A DNA stretch of 63,235 nt, the filler included, from Bigelowiella natans CCMP2755 (taxonomy: Eukaryota; Protista; Cercozoa), in assembly GCA_000320545.1 (NCBI GenBank). It is 6 parts of 6 records of this genome, joined end to end, with 100 filler letters (N's around TTAATTAATTAA, not from the genome) between each part and the next. Parts side by side here need not be neighbours in the genome. Positions count along the whole stretch, not along the records: positions 1 to 22,002 come from ADNK01001677.1; positions 22,103 to 27,568 come from ADNK01002301.1; positions 27,669 to 55,160 come from ADNK01003308.1; 3 more parts are not named here. One strand, 5' to 3'. Shown in pieces: positions 14,197-28,408 of the stretch (its first letter is position 1; each line of letters begins with the position of its first letter). The position numbers and the translations under genes are program-made. The notes beneath the pieces are model-generated. The model saw nothing but the letters and a program-made list of their open reading frames with translations, had not been told where the DNA came from and searched no databases.

Positions 14197-14941
14197 TTAA
14201 GCCTTGAAGCCGTATTTATTGCCTATTTCGTAGAGCTCGTGTAGCACCTGATCAAAAATCCCCTTGCTTTTCAGTTGCTGGTAGCGAGCATAGAGTAACA
14301 TGGCCGTTCCTAAGAAAAACCAACAATGCAATGAAGAATAAACGTTGTCTCGAGATATTCACGTCAATTATGACTGCTATACCAACACATGCGCCAGCGA
14401 AATCATCAAACAAAACTTAGTACGCACAAGTACAAATATAGATATATAAAGCGCATCAACCCACGATTATATGACACTGGAAGAGTGCACTTACTTGCGT
14501 CTTCAATACTGTCGTGAGTCACCCCCTGAATATCCAGCTAAACATAGAAACATTGGTTTTGATTGGAGGAAGAAAGTACGATTTTGTCAGCTGATGAGCC
14601 TTTTGAGAAACTGCACAAAGTCATTATGAGCTTTAACGTCTCTCTCCGCATCATCGCCCCCCCCCCCCCTCCCCCCGCTCCTTCTTCTCCTTACTTTTAG
14701 GACGTGCGTAGCAAGAAACCGAAGGTTCAGCTTTCTCGAATTTGGTAGATGATACAGGTCCACAGTGTCAATAATCTAAGATATTATGTGGATCGTCTGA
14801 GAAATCTCTGTTTTACACGACGACTCTTCTTCCCCCCGCCTCCCTTGTAACCATTAAACCAGCCCCACCTGCTTCTGAGGTACTACGATATTGATCATCA
14901 CGAAGTCGGATTTCAGTCCATGTCCAATGAAGGTTACGCCT

Positions 14942-14986
<45 letters not shown>

Positions 14987-15849
14987 TATACATATACCTA
15001 AATACAAACGCATATACAAACCACACCGCAAACACCTACGACTTCACGCGAAGAAGCGGGGGAAAAACGCGAGAACGGGATTGTGTCGGTCACGGCCGTC
15101 AGAGGGGATGGGCTAGAAGCTGCCATCGGGTAGCGGAACCTTGGTCAGCAAGGTAGCGAAGGCGCAGGTATGCCGACTTGAGCGTCACCAAATGCCGTGT
15201 TGATATCGATCGATCCAAATCGCCTACGGTGGTGCGTGAGGAGATATAGCAGCAACAGCGGTGATATGTCAAGACCAAAGGACGCTTCTAAGAAGCGCCA
15301 TGGTACACATTGGAGTTTCAGATGTTGGCAGAGCGCGCGCGCGTGCTGATTTTTCCATCGAAAAACGCGCCAACAGGCATTGTCCTACATAACGAACGGC
15401 TCACGAGAGGAAAGGAGCATTCCGATTGCATATTCACGTGCGCGCGAGTGGCTTTACTACCTGGTTCAATGCCTGAGTATCTTGTCAGATAATCAACAAC
15501 CTGGAGAACAAAAACAACTCGCTTTTATCTCTTTACATTAACGCTCTTTCTCCCTGTATCGAATCTTTCTCTCTCCTCGCACACACAAGTACACAGATGC
15601 GATAGTGCCGCACGCACCAGCTGCTCATACGAATACCATGTGAGCAGCAAATCATCATCATCATCATCATAATCATCATCATCATCAAACCGGCTCGGAG
15701 CCTACGATGTAGTCGTCTAATAACGGCTTCCCGACCTGCGTCACAAGGGCAAAGACGTCAAACAATTCAGCAGCACATATGCAATGGAACCCATGGCTAT
15801 CATGGATAGAGTCAAACATAGAATTAACGTCATCAATCATAACGTTTGA

Positions 15850-15891
<42 letters not shown>

Positions 15892-16805
15892 CCAAACCAC
15901 GCATACGCGCACAACGACTACCTCTGGCCCCGATGCTCGGAGCAAAGACACGCGTGCAAGGGAATGGCGCATTGGCTTGACTAATACCTAGGACAATCAT
16001 TAAAATATGTAGCAGAATTTGTCTTATAACCGCATGCTACAAAATGTGATGTGGCGCTGTGTATTTTGTATCCTCATTCGTCAATAGTCGCGATCTAAAA
16101 TGGGCATGGTGAATCATCGCAAACAGCATTGTAGCAGTGCTCCCTACGTCCTTTCCCGTTTTCGGGTTGAGCCGAGTCTCCTCTATTGAATATATCCACA
16201 GCAGCAGCATTGTGCAAACAAAAACAATACGTCTTATGGTCAAGTCATCGATAAATGAACAGCTGCTCATTCGCTCGTCAATCTTTACATCAATCTCGCT
16301 AGTTTCTATTGACGGCGGCATACACTCATCCAGAAGAAGAGGAAGGAGAAGAAGGAGGAAAATTTGCACAAGTGGTATGGAAAAGGAGCCGGTCTCTCAG
16401 GAGAGGTAATCTATCACCGCACCTTTTTCAACGCATACAAACTCGCAATCGATAGCCTGGAAGAAACACAAATAATTGTCATCATCCGCCGTCGTCAGTG
16501 CGCGTGTGTCATTGAATATCACATATCTAGATAGAATAGTACTGTGATGACTGACACTGGCGCTCTGTATCTGTGTGTGTTTGGGGGGGGGGGGGGAGAG
16601 AGTGCACATGTGTGCGTATGGTTGATGGATAGACAACTTACCACTTTCATATCAGGGCCGATGCGCTCATGAGACCTTCGTAAGAGACGAGGGCAAAGAT
16701 CGATTACGCTCCGAAAACGCATTATAGCATGTTTATTAAGCTACACGTGTGGTGATTGTAGGTAGTTATTACTACTAAAAAAGCCAACGGCATAAATGCG
16801 TGTAA

Positions 16806-16837
<32 letters not shown>

Positions 16838-17023
16838 TATATAAAAATATATAGATGTATAAATATATTATATTCATGCTTTGCACTTTGCATACTGATG
16901 ATTTATACGAGAGTCAAACCGTAGCGGCGCGAAAGTCCTCATGGGGACGACCTCTCTCGCAGAAAGGCGTTCCGGCCTCAAGAAAGCAGCCAAACTAGTC
17001 GCAGTTGAGGAGGAAAAATGATG

Positions 17024-17063
<40 letters not shown>

Positions 17064-19768
17064 CTACACAAGCTATGTCGCGACAAGCACAATCCTCACC
17101 GAGCAGCAGATTTAGCACGCAATCGGAAGAAACAAACAAATACACTCATGCTGGCAGAGTAGATATTTATGCAACATCATATCAAATTGCCTCTCTGCTA
17201 CTGCTACTACTACTACTACTACCCATAATTTGCCATCGGATATACTCGCTGAGGAATCTGAATACAATCCACCACAATGCATGCCCCATCAACCACCCAT
17301 TGAAACAAGAGGCCTCATAACAAGGAGGACGCGAAGGTCCGCAGAACGCCAACATAACACCTTGTAAGAACTCGGGGAAAAATACCCATATCACCCACAA
17401 CGACTGCTAGAGAATAAACTGCATCTCCAATACGCGAGCAGAGAAAACAACGACTCGTTTCGAAAGGAAAAGCGAAGAAACAGATCCCTCAGGACTACGG
17501 CAGGGAAGATTCGTCTCCGTGCACAACGCGACGAATAACAGCGAGATAAAACACTCTCGCCACCTGAATCTGCTCGAAGACATCTACACGCTGGTAAAGG
17601 AGGATGCAGGGTTCTTTCCACGGAAACGACGAGAACTGTAGTAGTAGTAGTAGTGGTAGTAGTAGTTGTAGTAGCAGTAGTTAGTAGTAGTAGTAGTAAC
17701 ACCGCCAATACAGCAGTATGCAGCATGCTGAGTTTGAATCATCGATTCGAAAAACGGAGGAAGGCGCTGTCAGTGCCCGTGTGCCCACACACACATACAG
17801 AGACGGAGAGAGAGAGAGAAAGAGAGAGAGAGAGGGAGAGGGAGAAAGAGGGGGAGAGAGAGAATTATGTTAGGAGACCGTCGTTACTGACCTCAATCGC
17901 ATCTTTCAATGAAGACTCAGTAATCATAAACCCATTGAATAGCGTCCATTTACCCTGACAAAAAATAACAAAAATGTTTCTAAGATAACCATTATAATGC
18001 CAAGAAGCCGCCGCAGAGCTTTCGCATATGTGCATGGGTGTGCGTGTACGTGCACGCGCTTGCGTGTCTACAAATACAAGAACATGGAACAACGCTGCTT
18101 TTAGAGCTCAAGCAAGGCTTTTAGTAAAAGATGCACCCCACCTTTGAGGACTTTGCATCTTCTTTGATTTTAAGGTGTGCGGTGAGGTGCTCCGCATTGT
18201 ACACCTGAAAGGGAGGGGGGAGGGGGGGGGGGAGGGGAGGACGGAGATAGTAATGATGCCGATTGCGTCTCCATACAAAAAACTATACAACAAATATATA
18301 GAGCGGTGCGACTGGTTGACTTCTATATATTTATATATAATATAAGAATTGGTATACGTGCATTTGCATGCAACGATAGATGCACTCGTGGTTAGTGTTA
18401 ATACGTTCAGCTCTGAGTCTGTATCAGGAGGGTCAGAGATATGGCAGACGACTCCGATGAGTTCATAATCGTAAGGAACACTGCCCTTGCTATCGGCTTT
18501 AGCTTTGCTCTTGCTTGGCTCGGGGGATTTGTTCTCAAAGATGCGCGATACGATGCAACGGCCGCTTGCGTTGTCATACGACAGCCTGAGAGCAATTACA
18601 AAAACACAAATATATGAATATATCGTGTATATACATAAATATTAACATATATTGATTACATGCACATTAATATACTATAACTTATACTACAATATAGACA
18701 ACGAAGCATTCCCATAAACACCCAAACCCACCCACACACACACACATACACACAGAAAGAGGGAGACAGGGGGAGAGAGAGAGAGAGATAGAGAGATAGA
18801 AAGAGAGTATACTAGCATACGCGCACATACACTCTCAGGGAACTGTAACAAACAAGATCCATTAATAACCACCATACCACACCCAAAACACTTATATTCA
18901 TCCTCATCTACTCATTCGCCAGACGATTGGCTAGAGATTTCTCCCATCAACAAGGCACAAACCAACGCGTGGAATCAACCACAACCCTACCTTATCTTCG
19001 GAGCGACCCACATATCGTCCACGCTTTTCCCTCCTGAAGGCAAACGCAACCATGATTTCTCTGCGATGCGACTGTTATAACAAAGCTGCGTCCCTCCTCC
19101 GCATATCGAAACGGATCCAACGGCCACGAGGACGACCAGGAAAGGCAAACACGAGTAGAAGTGATGGTATAGAACATGTTGCGCCTCCAACTGCACACGC
19201 GCCCGCCAACACAGGCAGACACACAACAAAAGGCTGTTTTTTGTATCTCATGCATTCACATTCGCAGCAGTTTCCAAAAAGAAAAAAAGCCACTCGACGG
19301 ACTCGATTTATCTGACGAGGGAGCACTTGCAGGAGACGTACTCCGCCACAAGTCAAGGTCAGCCTGATTGGGAGCGCACATGCACACATGTGGACGCAGG
19401 GAGAGGGAAAGATGTGAAGGGGAGAGAGAGAGAGAGAGGGGGGGGGGGGCGGGGGCGGGAAGAGTGAAAAGAAAGCATACAAAATATGAAGAATCTTCGT
19501 GAAAGAGTCATCGCGTTGTCATCTCCATTGTGCTGCTACTACTACAGAGTCAAACGCTCTTGTGTTACTCAAAACTTTCCTCTCATATCTCATGCTGCAT
19601 CTGCATTGAAGTGTGAAGAAGGAGTTCGCTTCTCACCTCACTCTTTATTTCCGCATTAATCGTCAGCATGAGCGGGGCCTTTTTGAGTGACTGAATGGTT
19701 GTTTTGGTTGTGATTGCGTGTTAGCTTTTAGATATTACACACGACGCATGCACGCAAGCGTGCGCGCA

Positions 19769-19809
<41 letters not shown>

Positions 19810-20224
19810 TGAGAGAGAGAGTGAGAGAGAGAGAAGTTCATTGAAAAAGAGAGAGGAAAAGAGGGGAAGGCAACTAGGAGAAACGGTGAAAGACACCATC
19901 AGAGAAAACAATAATAACAATAAAAACATATCGTTGGCTGAGGAAAATATACAGGACGTCGCTTGCTACTTACCGAGCTCTTCTTCGTGATGCAATACGT
20001 TGCGCACTTCTCGCACCACACGCGGTTTGTCTAGAAATAACGCATGGAATAGGAGGAGGAGGAGGACCTCGATTAGGTGCATGTCGCATCGATGCTCCGT
20101 ATGCAAGATTACAAATCAATTATTTTATCAATGCTTTTACCTAACCATCCAATCCGGGTTTGATATATGTGTAAGGTGTACATTATCTTCATTACACACA
20201 CACACACACATACACACACATATG

Positions 20225-20271
<47 letters not shown>

Positions 20272-20917
20272 ATACTATGAAAATACTGCATATAATAGTG
20301 TAAGCAACCTCTTCAGTGTTAAGACTCGACTCTAACAGCTCCGCAAACTTCAATTTTCTTTTTTGAAGGAATTGCAATTGTTAGGTGAGAGCGGTGGGAG
20401 AGAACCACGCACACAAACACTCCGAATTCGGCTATGCTCTCTACAATTGACGTACAGCTCTCACATCCTCACCACCATCATCACCATGATCGATTAACTG
20501 TCATTCAACCTTCGCTCTCTCGGGTAGGAAAGCTGCACGCTCATGCCAGGCTATGAATCGGCAAAACCAAACACGCACGATCAGATACGACCGTATTCAA
20601 ATTTCGCACAACAGCGAGTGTATACACCATGCCATTCCACGCATCAAGAAGAAGGCGCGAACAGCACACAGAAGAACGGAAACAAAATTCATGAAACGAA
20701 GTAGTACAGACGCACTCCTACTCATGCTATATATCTTCTTTCTCGAGCATATCAGAATATAGCATACAACTACTTTTGGCCTCGATTTACCTTTTGGTAC
20801 GTGTCCATATGCCTCCCACCCATACAATAACGCCGCTACCACAACAAGCAATTTAAGCATTCGTTGAATTTGGGGGCAGAGGGGGGGAGGGGAGGTGGAT
20901 TATCCTCCCAATATTCG

Positions 20918-20951
<34 letters not shown>

Positions 20952-21855
20952 TTATTTATTTTATTTATTAGTTAGTTTTATTACTACTCCCCTCCTCCCC
21001 CCCCCCCCATTTCTTTTATTCCTCTAACAGATGCATTGCCGTACTCTCTCCCATCCGAATTCGAAGTGCTTTCGCATCATATCTTGGGCTCCGCTTCTTA
21101 TATTTTCCTAAGACCGTCAGTCGGTAGTGGCAGGGGAGGGGGAGGGGGAGCCAGAAATCACATTAATCTCTCGGTGTTGGTTCGTTCTGCGCAACCATAA
21201 CAGACTAAACAAAAGACTAAAATGGTGATACTCGTCTGTTTATCCACGATGTAAATGTATTGTTAGTATCTGGAGATTGTGTATGTGCATATGTGTGTGA
21301 GTGAGTGTGCGTGTTTGTGTGTGTGTGTGCGTCGCGCGTACACACAACATGAAGATAACTACCTTCGAGAGATGTTGTAAGATAAACCGCCAAAAGGACT
21401 GTATTCTCACGGACAAACGCGTATCCCGGCTGTAAGTGGGGGGGGGGGGGGGGGCGAGAGGGGGACGCAGCATCGGGAGAAGGCATCACATCGGAAGAAC
21501 ATGCAAGGATTGCGAAGAGAATCATCAACTATCTAAACAAACCACGGTTCGTCGCAGGATGCGGGTGCGATAGATTGCATAGCGTAAAACCGCTGCTATG
21601 GTACGGATGCACGATACCTTGATTCGGTGCCTTCCAAAAGACCAAGTGCGCTCGCCTCCTTGACTTGGCTGCGATCAATCATCACCATCATCATCATCAT
21701 CATCATCATCGTCGTCATCCTCGTTATGACTATCATCGCCGTCAGAACCACCATCACCATCATCATTATCTTCCCACTCGCATACGCGTGAAATGCACGA
21801 TTCGCAATACTAATCGATGTACCGCAGAGTCCGAAGGAAGTTTCGAGGCTCTACC
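14197..21855 (-). CDS. PAN2: PAN2 poly(A) deadenylase catalytic subunit, 3' part (UCH-like and DEDDh exonuclease domains); 5' part cut off by contig end
   Basis: Minus-strand exons EPRNFLRTLR|QVKEASALGLL, VWCEKC, YELIGVVCHI, KWTLFNGF, AIDCEFV (ExoI), DDYI...VVDYLTRYSGIEPGDLD, FIGHGLKSDF (ExoII), IIDTVDLY, LDIQGVTHDSIEDARTA (ExoIII), with a TAA stop at 14199-14197. Confidence 0.95.
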
Positions 21856-21968
21856 TGATCATATCCATATATATATAATAAAAGGTATAAGTATACCAAT
21901 ATGATATATATGTGTGTTATATTGTATCTCTTATATTTAGAAAGAGAAAAAGAAAAACAGAGAAAGAT

Positions 21969-22000
<32 letters not shown>

Positions 22001-22002
22001 GA

Positions 22003-22102
22003 NNNNNNNNNNNNNNNNNNNNNNNNNNNNNNNNNNNNNNNNNNNNTTAATTAATTAANNNNNNNNNNNNNNNNNNNNNNNNNNNNNNNNNNNNNNNNNN
22101 NN
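22003..22102. other. Artificial contig linker (N44-TTAATTAATTAA-N44)
   Basis: Exactly 100 nt with a six-frame stop spacer. The same structure occurs at 27569-27668, 55161-55260, 60328-60427 and 61509-61608. Confidence 0.97.
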
Positions 22103-22299
22103 ATGATCGGGGGGGGTTGCCAGGGGAGGGGGGGGGGCGGGGACGGTTTGATTAGTCAGAGTCTGAAAGAACTCACGTGTAGGAGCGACGACTCCCAGAC
22201 TTCAAAAGGCGACGGCATAAGCCAGAATTGCAAAGATAACATGGACCTCTTTTTACATCGCCTCTCATTGCACCTCTCTGTTTTTCGGGATTTTACCGT

Positions 22300-23217
22300 T
22301 AGATCGTAAACGGTGTTCCTGAGTGTACCACCGCATACTTCGTGGCTGTTGCCTGAGCACGTCTTGTCGCATTGATTTGCAGCGGGCGCGAGTGTTCCGG
22401 GGCTGCTACTCCCACAATAGCACTGTTTCCCGTATTGTATTCCGGCGTACGTGTATCCAAGGCCTCTACACATCCCTGTAGAATGATACATAGACCAAAA
22501 AGGCAGAGGGAGAGGGAGAGGGGGAAAGAAAGTTGGTAGGGAAAGAGGTGGCGTATCCTCTTTTGACTGTGTTCGTTGATGTAAGGCGCTCTTATTGCAT
22601 GTGTGTTTGACCGTGTCCCTTTACCTGTACACAGTTTTCCAGTGAGAGAATTTGAGTTGTAGGCTAGATACGGTAGCTTCCGATTTATGGAACTGTCGAC
22701 ATAGCATCCTTTGTATCCCTGTGAACACACACGCAACACATAAATACCTATAATCCCCATGGTCCCCATGGTAATTTGGCCGTCATTTGCCATCCTCGCC
22801 ATCCCCACAAACCATCTTCGTCGTCATCATTATCATCATCGCTCATATTATTACCGCAATATAGAAGACGCTGTTCTTGTATGCCCCGCCGCACGTTTGC
22901 GAACTGTCTCCTGTACAGGCGGAATTGCAGTCGCTCTCGGGATGTCGCTGACCCAACATCCACCCGCAATAGCACTCTTTTCCGTGCTGTGTTCCGGAGT
23001 ACGCGAATCCCATGGCACGGCAATCATTCACACACTTCTCGACAGTAAGAGCTGGATCGTTGGTGGAGATTACGTGGGAAAGCTGGTGCGTTGCTGTGTC
23101 GCTATAGCACCCCAGATACACAGCTGTCGTCTGCGCTTCTGCAAGGAGGGGAAGATGAATCACGAGGTACAGAGCCCACAGGGAAAGGTGTGCCGCAAAG
23201 CCATTAGCCGCCACCAT
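22300..23217 (-). CDS. Secreted protein with at least two WSC (carbohydrate-binding) domains; 3' end uncertain, near the contig end
   Basis: Signal peptide MVAANGFAAHLSLWALYLVIHLPLLAEA, then YLGCYSD...LTVEKCVNDC...FAYSGTQHGKECYCG...CNSACTGDSSQTCGG, and a second copy YKGCYVD...YAGIQYGKQCYCG...CDKTCSGNSHEVCGG. Confidence 0.92.
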
Positions 23218-24915
23218 CGTGGGTCTGGATGTTCGCAAAATTAGTTGGTTGGTGTTGGAGGTTGAGACGTTAGATAGAGAGACACGGAAGGGGAGGGAGA
23301 TTTTCATGTAGTACTAGATGGGGAAGCGGAAGAAAAAAGTAAGTAGTTATTGAAATGGTTCGAAAATTACCGGAGAGAAATCCCGCTGGTACGATGGGAA
23401 ACCAACCCCCTGCGTACAATGTGTCTTCACCAAAACGATCCTGCAAAATTCAAGAGTAGTCCCAACGTTATCCTCGCTTGTACAACAACGTTTTCTAGCT
23501 ATGCAACTCAAACCAATGTCACTCACTATAGGCTAGTATCTACTCATATCCTTTGCCCCTTTTCATTCATCTCCTAATCCTCCATGCAAACCTCGTCAGG
23601 AACTGAGTTGAGAAGCAAATGCGTTCGTTGCCTGTCAATTAGTATTATGCGTCATCTTTTTAATTATGTCGCAAATGTAATTTTACCTCTATTCACCAAC
23701 CCTATCGTGATGGTCGAACCATGTACCAGGAGATGTTCGTGTATATTTATTGCTTACGACTTCTTCAATAAGATGTCGTTTTGATTAAAATCTCTTCATC
23801 AATTCAATTTGTGTTTTCGGCGGTTACATTAAATTCTGTTTTGGACTTCTAGAAACTTTATTTGTGTAGGAATTGCCATTCATTATAGTTTACGACATCT
23901 CCATAAACCAATTTACATCCTTTTTGAGGGAACCTGGATATTTTTAGGCTACAAGATCAAGTCGACAACAAATTGTGGCTCATTCTTTGCTTTAAACCCC
24001 GATACCCTGCATTAGGTTTGGCATTGGAAGGCTATTATTAAGGAATTATTCAGAATATCAATACATGTCAAATTTCTACATTTTGGCATAAATGAAGACG
24101 TATATCAAAATATATATCATTTATTTTTGTCGCTACTGTTATTAATGGATTCTCATGCGAGATTGAATTCAACATAGATCGAACCTAATGATTGAAAATC
24201 TTTGATCAAGCAACATTTATTTCTGGTCATATTTCCTAAAATGATGCAAATGAGATACGCATTGGTTTGTAATGGTGCACATGGTTTTGCTTGGTCGCCT
24301 CAGCAGAGATTATTGTTGAATAACCGCTAGTACCGGTTAAATTCCGATTTAATCGATAATACCTGTTATTGCCGGTCAGAAAAAGCCCATTTCCTCATCC
24401 ATTTCTCCATTTCGCGACACGGCAAAATTCCGGCATGGTACAAGAACTATATAGTCAAATCATCGTGCATTTATACTCATATTTCCCCACAATTAATATA
24501 TACGACAACAATATTACTGATTTGTTGCATATTTTGACTCAATTTTATGTTTTTATTCGAATCAATGTTTCCATATCTGTATCTTGTCTCTAGTTTTCCC
24601 AAATCAGAATCGTATTTTGATATTAAAGTATTACTATTATAAAATTTAATGTGTATATTGTATCTACGACTTCATAAATTTGATTTTTTCACGTATACAT
24701 GTGCCAAAACAGCACTATAGTTTTAAATCTTCAACTCTGAAATTCTACCAAAGCTCGCTCGTTTCAAGTCCTCACTGTCCATCATGACGAGAATGAATTA
24801 AAAAATTATGGATAAAACGTAAATGCGACATGACCAAAATTAGTAAATTCGTCAAAGTACAGCCTTATGAGATTCCAAAGCGTTTCCGCAATAACTGAAA
24901 ATTAGGAGCTCAGAC

Positions 24916-26289
24916 ATGAAAATGGTCGGCGGCATGGCTGCCCAGACTTTCCTGTCCATCCTCCTCTTCAGCACCACTACAGCTCTGCAAAATAGGGAAA
25001 CAACAAGCACAGTTCTCACACACAATGCAACTTCTGCCAAGGTTTTGTGATTTACCCCCGAGAAACGGATGTTCTGTGTTGCACGTAGATGTTCGCAAAA
25101 ATGTGTACTTGTAGTGACTGCCATACGGCAATGAAAGTTGTTGTCAAATACGATGCAATGTGTATTTCAAGCTGATTTCACATGCTATCTATAGAATGGC
25201 CGATATATGCGTATAAGTTCTCACCCAGTGAGCAGTTTGATTTTTTTAATGGGGTGCACTTCAAAGAAGACATAATGCAGTTGAATGCTGATCCCAGAGC
25301 AACATTCATGAAATGATTGTCTATGATTTTCATACTTCGTGACAAAAAGCTCGTATTTCTCACACATTTATTGCGTAGGTGGTAAGCACAGCTGCTTCTG
25401 TCACTGCTCCAATTCCAGTCGAATTGAGTACTGATACTGACTCTCCGGAAGATGGTGAAGAGGTATGCTATGTTCTTGCGCTGTTCTGTGTGGATTTTTG
25501 TGAAAAGTATAATATACAATTGAGATGGCCTAAATCTAATTGCTATCTTATTTCTTAGGACACGATAGTGATGAAAGCTCCAACTTCAAAGTCGGACAAT
25601 GCATTGATTCAACAAGAAGGGATCGTTGAGGATGAGATCGAACGTGAACATAAGGAATACCACTGGCCTCTGTGGTAGTGCAAAACAATAAGCCGCCTAC
25701 GGCATTACTCACAGCAGACGAGCCAAAATTAGCGATACTAATATAGATCCTCCCTTTCTCTCTATTGTTTCTACGTGATCCTCAGGCTTTTGATTGGCAT
25801 TTGGGTTGTCGTAATACCGGTCTGCGCGATGCTCGGACTGATGTTTTTCGTTTCAATCGCCTTCGTCTTCAACGGATGGTACCTACCACTCCATCTTTCT
25901 TCCAAATCTCGCATTTAAAAAAAGAAATTAGAGAACTGGGGGGCTTCGCAGAACTCCCTCCCTACTTTTAAATTCATCTTCTTGACGTATTATTTAGTTC
26001 TGAGTCGTATAATAACCGCTGCATCATCACCATCACCATCACCGTCAAACAATAATATCATTATTGTCCATCGTCTAGGTGGCAAAAGAGAACAACGAAG
26101 ATGGAAAAGCTGTCCGACGACAAGCCAAACTTTGGTAAGAAGAAGATGCTGCCAGAAGGCTGGGCAGTACACCTCAACGACGAAGGAAACATCTACTACG
26201 TTCACCAAGCCTCGGGGCGCTCGACGTGGGAATTTCCTCAGGATGAGGGATTCGTCCCAACAGGCTCTCCATCCCACATCTTCACATGA
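24916..26289 (+). CDS. Single-pass membrane protein: signal peptide, transmembrane helix, C-terminal WW domain
   Basis: MKMVGGMAAQTFLSILLFSTTTA (24916); GT-AG exons at ~25379-25462, ~25559-25674 and ~25786-25878 (LLIGIWVVVIPVCAMLGLMFFVSIAFVF); last exon LPEGWAVHLNDEGNIYYVHQASGRSTWEFP is a canonical WW domain; TGA ends at 26289. Confidence 0.8.
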
Positions 26290-27568
26290 TGTAGCAAGTC
26301 CAAAGTTGATAGATGGGTGGATGAATGTAAGGAAGGATAGCATTGCTAGTCAGTTAGCCCCTCACACCGTAGAGGCTTTTTCATTACAATTAATCAATTC
26401 GCGCATCTCCTTCCTCCTCCTTGAAGGATACGAGTTATTGTTTCTCGTTATCTCCTTCCTGCTCTAATTTCCAAAGAAATCTAAGCAAGACCTGACAGTT
26501 CAGCTACTACACTAGCAAGAATCGTTTTTTACTTTTTCATTTCCATTGTCAAACCACCACCACTTCCTGTCCCGCACTTCCTTGCTATCACATCTGCATC
26601 CCTTCCATTGAAGTCACCCAGCCATCACCAACTAGATAAATCATGAATGAGATGTAGTAGCGGTTTCAAAATGCCGCAGCTAATAAATGCATTCAAAATG
26701 TTATCAAAGGAATAAGAAAATCAGATCATATTGTCTAAATTGGTCAACGCGTGCATTGCGTACATTGATAGTTCCATGCTGATTATGGCTGCGATCGGTC
26801 CATTGCAACATGCTCGTGGCCACGCATACCATGCATCCATCGCCATATGCGTGTGTATGTCTAGCAGTGTGTGCAGCGTCGTGCGCACTCACCTTTCACA
26901 TTTTTTGGTTCAATGACTAGCTACATATGTACAAACATGCATTTTACTTCCTCTATATTCCTCCCGATGGCAGATCATGCAAGTACAACGTGATGGGACA
27001 CAACAAGCCAGTGCAACACCACGCGTAGTATGATCGCATGCAGCAGCGTATCGTAGCAGCGCTGACGCCACAGCAGCATGTGTCGCTTATCACATAATAT
27101 AATTACGTGTCTATGATCTTTGCGATATGGGCTATGGTGTACGTGCGCGTACGCTATATACATCGCTAATGGTAGTTGTAGCAGTTATGTTTATTGCTAT
27201 TATTACTGGCACATCAATCACACGTAGCGCGGCTAATCATCATGTATATACACATATGACGAGGATCATTGAGCGTGCATTGATTAGCTTGCATGCGTTC
27301 GCAGATGTGTAGCATGGTGTTTGCTCTAAACTGCTATGACCGTACGTAGCGGACGCACGCACATCATTGTGATGGCTACGCTTCGATTAGAGCGCACATG
27401 TGCCGCCACCGCCAATACGATGGCTAACTCTGGTGCTGATGCCATGTTATCTTCAAAATAACGTAACGACTTACACTGCTAAGCTACATTTCTTCATAAG
27501 AATACTGGAAGTCGCAGGATCGGCATTTAACGTACCATTTTTCCGCTATCAGCATCGTAGTTGTGCTG

Positions 27569-27668
27569 NNNNNNNNNNNNNNNNNNNNNNNNNNNNNNNN
27601 NNNNNNNNNNNNTTAATTAATTAANNNNNNNNNNNNNNNNNNNNNNNNNNNNNNNNNNNNNNNNNNNN
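27569..27668. other. Artificial contig linker
   Basis: N44-TTAATTAATTAA-N44. Confidence 0.97.
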
Positions 27669-27855
27669 GATAGCTTTTGTAGTGTTTTTTGATTCCCATC
27701 TCCCTCCCTCCCCCTACCTCCCTCCTCGTTGTATGTAATATTTGCATAGGCGATATGCCTGTCTTGGCTTCGCTTGTCATCTTCTTCATTTTGTATATGT
27801 ATCACTATAAGTCGTTGATGTTATCGTACTCATAATCATCACAATCAACATACAG

Positions 27856-28363
27856 GATGGCGTGCCTCCCGACAACTACACGTTTGTATCCGCAGCGCTA
27901 CCTCTAGCACGACAAGGTTTGCTTGCTTGTGACGTGTGTTCTTAGTATTATTATGATGATGGGGTAATGATGATGATGGTGATGATTTCATCACGAATGG
28001 AGAGTGAGGAGGACAGAGGGATTGAAAACATCATATCGCAGTGGCGATCATCGTAACGGGAAGACGATGGTAAATTTTCAGACTGATTATCGCAATTTCA
28101 TGAAAAAGAGAAACCGGTGTTCAGCGACTTTTCATCACCTTCCATCTTTGATTCATTCGTCCATTGATTCGTTCATTCATCATCCCAGGGCAACTTAGGG
28201 CTGTGTTGGAGATAAGGGTATACTACTACTACTACTACTAATAATAATAATAATATATCAAAAATAATATCATTATTTTCATTTGTATCGTAGAGTTGGA
28301 AGAAAGCCAAATAGTATGAATGTCAAGAAACAGAAAGAATTGAGAGGACTAAATATAGAGAGG

Positions 28364-28408
<45 letters not shown>

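Noticed and set aside
22047-22058. Palindromic TTAATTAATTAA repeated five times
   Set aside because: Always centred within 44+44 Ns; an artificial six-frame-stop linker.
23350-24900. AT-rich, microsatellite-free spacer as a possible transposon relic
   Set aside because: No terminal repeats, TSD or transposase motifs seen; treated as divergent intergenic DNA.
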